DNA of 64,000 bases, filler included, from Circinaria calcarea (taxonomy: Eukaryota): the NCBI GenBank assembly GCA_051942165.1. It is 15 parts of 15 records of this genome, joined end to end, with 100 filler letters (N's around TTAATTAATTAA, not from the genome) between each part and the next. Parts side by side here need not be neighbours in the genome. Positions count along the whole stretch, not along the records: positions 59,845 to 64,000 come from JAVECS010002436.1; 14 more parts are not named here. The stretch is one strand, 5' to 3'. Shown here piece after piece: positions 59,880 to 64,000 of the stretch. The position numbers and the translations under genes were made by a program. A model generated the notes under the pieces. It saw only the letters and a list, made by a program, of their open reading frames with translations. It had not been told where the DNA came from and searched no databases. The first letter of the stretch is position 1. Every line of letters begins with the position of its first letter.

Positions 59880-60125
59880 CGGCGACTCGATACGCTGCCA
59901 GAGGGCAAAACGAGCAACACGGCAACCTACTACGTGTCCAAGGAGGACGAATAGGCACACGGCAACTGACTACGTGTTACGAGAAAACGAATCAGCATAC
60001 GGGCCCTGACTACGTGTCCGAGGAGGACGAATCAGCAATACGGCAGCTTGCTACGAGTTAAAGGAGACGAACAAGCACATCTACACACCGGCAGCTTACT
60101 ACGAGTCCAGGAGGACGAATAAGCA
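59880..60125 (+). repeat. Six ~40-nt tandem units, each a predicted stem/internal-loop/stem-loop RNA element
   Basis: Units start 59880, 59920, 59960, 60000, 60041, 60089, all with CGG; stems differ between units but remain complementary. Confidence 0.85.
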
Positions 60126-60337
60126 GATCAGTAATCGCAGAGTGCGTTTACCACGTTGGCCGGCAGGCGCGCGGCAACAACACATTCACCATTTTCCTTC
60201 ACTTCATCAACAACCTCACTTCACCTTATTCCTTGTAATACTTTCAACTTACACGTTGACTGGCAACCAACACATCAGCAAATTGCCACATACACTACAT
60301 TTCTTACCCGTGGAACCATTACATAACCGCATTCAAT

Positions 60338-63300
60338 ATGAGTACCGACGACGGCTTCGGCAGACGACGCCCAGTCCCTATCCTCTCACGCGAAAACTCC
60401 GAGAAATGGTTCCCTCTCTTCGAGCAATGGCTCATCGGTGAAGACATCCACATTGCCTTAACAGCACCAACAATTCAGCTGAATTCTCCTACTGCTGCCA
60501 CCACTCCTACCACCGGTATCAACACTCCATCTAGCGAGGCAACTACAACGCAGAGTGTAACTCTGTCTAATACCGCGGATGATGCAGCATACAGGAAGGC
60601 CGATGCAAAGGTTCAATACTGGCTTGCTATCTGCATTAGCGAAGATGACCAGGAATGGGTCACTGATAAGCTAACAGCCAGAGCAAAGTGGAGTGCTCTC
60701 AAGTCCAAATATGAAGAAAAGCTGCAGACCACCGGAAGGCAATACCTCCAAGACTTTGTCAGCTACAAGATGGAGGCCGGTGTCACTATCGACGATGCGT
60801 GGACATACCTCGGCAAACTCGGCAGGAAGGTCGCCGCAACACAGAAAGATATGGCAGGCCTAGCAAAACCCGAACGACGTTTCCAACAATTGCTGCAAGC
60901 TCTTCCTGACGAATACACTGTCATTCGTGACGCTATTGATGCCCAAGATAACCCGAACATCGAAAGAGGAATTCGAAAGCTGCAAGAGAAAGAGGCTCAA
61001 TTGCAAGCTGACACTGCACTTTGGGCAGGTCAGCGTAAAAGCCAACAAGTAAAGAGCAAGGGCAATGACTACAGTCACGGCAAGCGCTCTTCAAGCAATG
61101 AACACGAACGCCCACCTTTCCGCGGACAAGAACGCAAGCTAAATAAATGCTACCTATGCGGCGAAGAACACCGAATCAGCCAATGCCCTCACCTTCCTGC
61201 CGCCCGCAAGCTTATCAAAGGCAAAGGAAAGAAAAGCAAGAAGGAATCGCCCGCATCGCCCGACATTGACGCCCTCATCAAGCTTCTACAGCAAAAGCAG
61301 CGGAAGAAGCACCGAGCATACAACGTGGAAGATGACTCAGAGGAGGACCCAGAAAGCTCTGACTCAGGCCTCGATCTTGACCCCGAAGATGAAGAAATCA
61401 GCGAAGAAATCGCCGCTTTATCTAAGGACGTCACCCGTAAGATCCCTATGTCTAAATGGGTTGCAGACTCCGGCGCCTCATCTCACATGACTGACCAACT
61501 CCGACTCTTTAGTGGCCCTCTAACTTGCATCAGAAGGCGCACAATTAAGGTCGGAGGGGGGAGATTATATGCCGACCACTGTGGCACAGTCATCATGCGT
61601 GATAAGGATGGGAACTCCATACGTCTTTCCGATGTGCTGTATGTGGACAAGCTCGGCGTGAATCTTCTTTCTGGAAAGCGCATGTGCGAGAAAGGACTTC
61701 GGGGGAGTTTCGACCAGGATGGCCTCTACATGCATGATCGATTTGGCAAGCTGGTTGTCAAGGCCACTGAGCGCGGTGGGGTCTATGTAGTCGATAGGAT
61801 TACAAGTGGATACGACAGCTTCGCGCTGTATTCAAGCACTCAATGTGACCCCAATATTGCCTTCCCAGCAGAAGCAGTAGATGTCATTATGGAAGATAGT
61901 GACGAGATCATTGCAAACCAAGTCGACTGCAGTCAACCTATTAAGCAGAAAGAGATTGACAACTACCAGCTATGGCATCGCCGGTTCGCCCATCTTGGCC
62001 CAGAGAAGATCCGGAACCTACATAAAGTCACCACGTTGGAAAAGCCGATTACAATTGCCACACCTGACCACCATATCTGCGAAGTATGTGCACTCACCAA
62101 GCTCAGGAACAAACGAGCGCACCAAGTCAGTGAAAGGAAGAACGCAATCCTGGCATTAATCTCTATTGATGTATGCGGCCAATTACCTCTATCACACGAA
62201 GGCTATGCCTACTTCCTCGAGATTATAGACAACTACTCGCGCAAGATATGGACCATTCCGCTAAAGCGACGCGAAGACGCACCGAAGGCACTGCGTGAAT
62301 GGCGAGTGAAGACAGAACTTCAAAGTGGAGCAAAGGTAATGGCAGTACGCAGCGATAACGCTACTGAGCTCAAGGCTACCCTGGATGAATGGTGTGCATC
62401 CTTCGGCATCACGCCACAATACACCGTTCCTCATATGTCCATCCAGAATGGCGTAGCAGAAAGGGCAATTCAGACCACTGAAAACTCGGTACGGGCAATG
62501 ATAAAAGATGCCGAACTTCCGATTGAATTCTGGGTGGAAGCGGCAGAGACTGACGCTTACCTGCGAAACCGAACCTCTACTGGCCCAGTCGTTGACGGCA
62601 AGCCAACAAGCCCCGAAGAAGCCTTCACCGGAGAAAAGCCTTCCATCGACCATGTACGCGTGTGGGGCTGCAAGTGCTATTCATATGTTGATGTCAAATC
62701 TCTTCCTGCAAACGGCAGACGAGACAAGTTCATGGATAGAGGAAGAGTGGGAGTCTTCATGGGTTATGTGGATGAAACGGCAAAACGATACCGCCTATGG
62801 GCACCCGATCTAGGGCGAGTAATCACCAGCCACGTTGTGAAATTCAGCGAGAATGAAAAAGGGGGGAGCATAGAGCTCAAGCTACGAAAGCCAGCTACTC
62901 CGAACGTGCTACCGGAGCGTAAGCCTGTTGGAAGACCACGCAAGAATCCAGCACCAACGTCAGCGCCAACAGCATTACTCAGAGCACCCAAGGCAGCTGC
63001 TTCCGCCACGCCAGACACCCCCAAAAGTGATACTCAAAACGCCCAAATGGAATCGGAACAGGCAATGCAGGATAATGCGGAAGTGGAACTCCCAGGTCCA
63101 GACCTGGAAGTTCAAACTGTCCCGAATACCGAAGGCTCAAAGCCTATTGGAATGGTCAAACGATTCCTACACATTGAAATTCCAAAACGCCGTAAAAGAG
63201 AACTCCCGGGCCCAGACCTGGAAGTTCTGGCCCCCTCAATTCCTCCTGCTCCAGAACCAACTTCGCCAGTCAAGAAACCCTCGGATCTGAATCAAGAAAA

Positions 63301-64000
63301 GCCAGCGCCTTCATCTCCTAAAGCCGACAAGAACCCAACAGCCAGACGTTTTCTTCATGTGGAGATCCCGAAGCGCCATATGAAAGAACTCCCAGGTCCA
63401 GACCCGGAAGTTCCAATAATACCAGCCATTAAGGTTTCGGAGCCAAAGGGAATGGTTAAACGCTTCCTGCATGTCGAGATTCCAAAGCGCCGCAGAATAG
63501 AATTCGTCCCAAGCACATCAACCCCGGAACCAGCGTCAGCAAACACAAAGGCGGTGACTACAATCGCGGAGGATCCTCCTCCTAATATGCCACATCCCAT
63601 CGCTGATGTTCCACCCAAACGCCAAAGAGAGGACGATTACGACCCTGCCAAAGACCAGCATATCGCCAAGAGGCTCTGCGCCATGCTTGCATTAATGGCA
63701 GGTGAAGAAGAGGTTGACTGCAGTCAACCTAAAGGTGTCGAAATCCATACCCCCACCAGCTACGCAGAAGCAGTGGGAGATCCTGTTTGGGGAGAGCTAT
63801 GGAAAGAAGCAATAAACGCCGAACTCACTGCGTTAGCATCGAATGGAACATGGGAAGAAGTTGTACCACCTAAAGGCGCCAACATTGTCACAAGCAAGTG
63901 GGTACTCAAGCCTAAACTGCACATAGATGGCAAGCTTGATAAGCTGAAGGCAAGAGTTGTGGCAAGAGGCTTCTCTCAGATGCATGGTATCGATTATGAA
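60338..64000 (+). CDS. Copia gag-pol polyprotein, 1221 codons with no stop up to window end (absent from the ORF track)
   Basis: Manual translation: zinc knuckle CYLCGEEHRISQC (61148-61186), protease WVADSGASSHM, IN LWHRRFAH..CEVC, IDVCG/RSDNATE/QNGVAER, RT start WKEAINAEL..NGTW..KWV..KARVVARGFSQMHGIDYE. Confidence 0.96.
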   Translation, partial: MSTDDGFGRRRPVPILSRENSEKWFPLFEQWLIGEDIHIALTAPTIQLNSPTAATTPTTGINTPSSEATTTQSVTLSNTADDAAYRKADAKVQYWLAICISEDDQEWVTDKLTARAKWSALKSKYEEKLQTTGRQYLQDFVSYKMEAGVTIDDAWTYLGKLGRKVAATQKDMAGLAKPERRFQQLLQALPDEYTVIRDAIDAQDNPNIERGIRKLQEKEAQLQADTALWAGQRKSQQVKSKGNDYSHGKRSSSNEHERPPFRGQERKLNKCYLCGEEHRISQCPHLPAARKLIKGKGKKSKKESPASPDIDALIKLLQQKQRKKHRAYNVEDDSEEDPESSDSGLDLDPEDEEISEEIAALSKDVTRKIPMSKWVADSGASSHMTDQLRLFSGPLTCIRRRTIKVGGGRLYADHCGTVIMRDKDGNSIRLSDVLYVDKLGVNLLSGKRMCEKGLRGSFDQDGLYMHDRFGKLVVKATERGGVYVVDRITSGYDSFALYSSTQCDPNIAFPAEAVDVIMEDSDEIIANQVDCSQPIKQKEIDNYQLWHRRFAHLGPEKIRNLHKVTTLEKPITIATPDHHICEVCALTKLRNKRAHQVSERKNAILALISIDVCGQLPLSHEGYAYFLEIIDNYSRKIWTIPLKRREDAPKALREWRVKTELQSGAKVMAVRSDNATELKATLDEWCASFGITPQYTVPHMSIQNGVAERAIQTTENSVRAMIKDAELPIEFWVEAAETDAYLRNRTSTGPVVDGKPTSPEEAFTGEKPSIDHVRVWGCKCYSYVDVKSLPANGRRDKFMDRGRVGVFMGYVDETAKRYRLWAPDLGRVITSHVVKFSENEKGGSIELKLRKPATPNVLPERKPVGRPRKNPAPTSAPTALLRAPKAAASATPDTPKSDTQNAQMESEQAMQDNAEVELPGPDLEVQTVPNTEGSKPIGMVKRFLHIEIPKRRKRELPGPDLEVLAPSIPPAPEPTSPVKKPSDLNQEKPAPSSPKADKNPTARRFLHVEIPKRHMKELPGPDPEVPIIPAIKVSEPKGMVKRFLHVEIPKRRRIEFVPSTSTPEPASANTKAVTTIAEDPPPNMPHPIADVPPKRQREDDYDPAKDQHIAKRLCAMLALMAGEEEVDCSQPKGVEIHTPTSYAEAVGDPVWGELWKEAINAELTALASNGTWEEVVPPKGANIVTSKWVLKPKLHIDGKLDKLKARVVARGFSQMHGIDYE

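Larger units (their letters stand above)
59845..64000 (+). mobile_element. Ty1/Copia LTR retrotransposon, internal region (leader + gag-pol); LTRs not visible; runs off window
   Basis: Domain order Gag-PR-IN-RT is diagnostic of Copia. Confidence 0.95.

Noticed and set aside
59845..59895. Primer-binding site or LTR end (two TGGTG starts)
   Set aside because: Reverse complements do not fit tRNA 3'-end spacing convincingly and no TG..CA LTR can be defined from one end.
59880..60125. Hammerhead ribozyme (unit 6 CTACGAGTCC-AGGA-GGACGAA resembles CUGAnGA-stem II-GAAA)
   Set aside because: CUGAnGA is not intact, GAAA is GAAU/GAAC in five units, and the flanks close one stem rather than a three-way junction with a cleavage triplet.
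59880..60125. CRISPR array
   Set aside because: Eukaryotic retroelement context, no unique spacers, no cas genes; units are wholly homologous.

Overview
Filamentous ascomycete (Pezizomycotina) DNA, not one locus: 15 unrelated ~4.17-4.19 kb contigs, sorted by decreasing length and joined by 100-nt linkers (44 N + TTAATTAATTAA + 44 N), so adjacency across linkers is meaningless and many genes are cut at contig ends. Most contigs carry intron-containing housekeeping genes: MFS permease, nitronate monooxygenase, IMG1, UBE2J1/Ubc6-type E2, Pmc1 Ca-ATPase, QRI7, AGC1, a copper-fist TF, an SDR, DUF427, SNF1, TAF7, TAF3-like, RBR ligase, NPCC/Pom34-like, ceramidase, prefoldin 1, ARG5,6 and an FLC/TRP-like channel. 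There is one intron-containing tRNA-Ala(UGC) and two clear pseudogenes (aorsin/S53 peptidase; RadH/Rdc2-type halogenase). The last contig holds an open Ty1/Copia gag-pol ORF missed by the ORF track. The most striking signal is in its AUG-free leader: six ~40-nt tandem units whose stems differ in sequence but keep pairing around an invariant nUACGn/nAA internal loop, i.e. a candidate structured-RNA array. The same element has an AT-hook plus a triplicated RFLH[IV]EIPKR motif in the integrase tail and a 20-bp palindrome repeated near two polyprotein domain junctions. All assignments are from manual translation and motif recognition; no searches were run.
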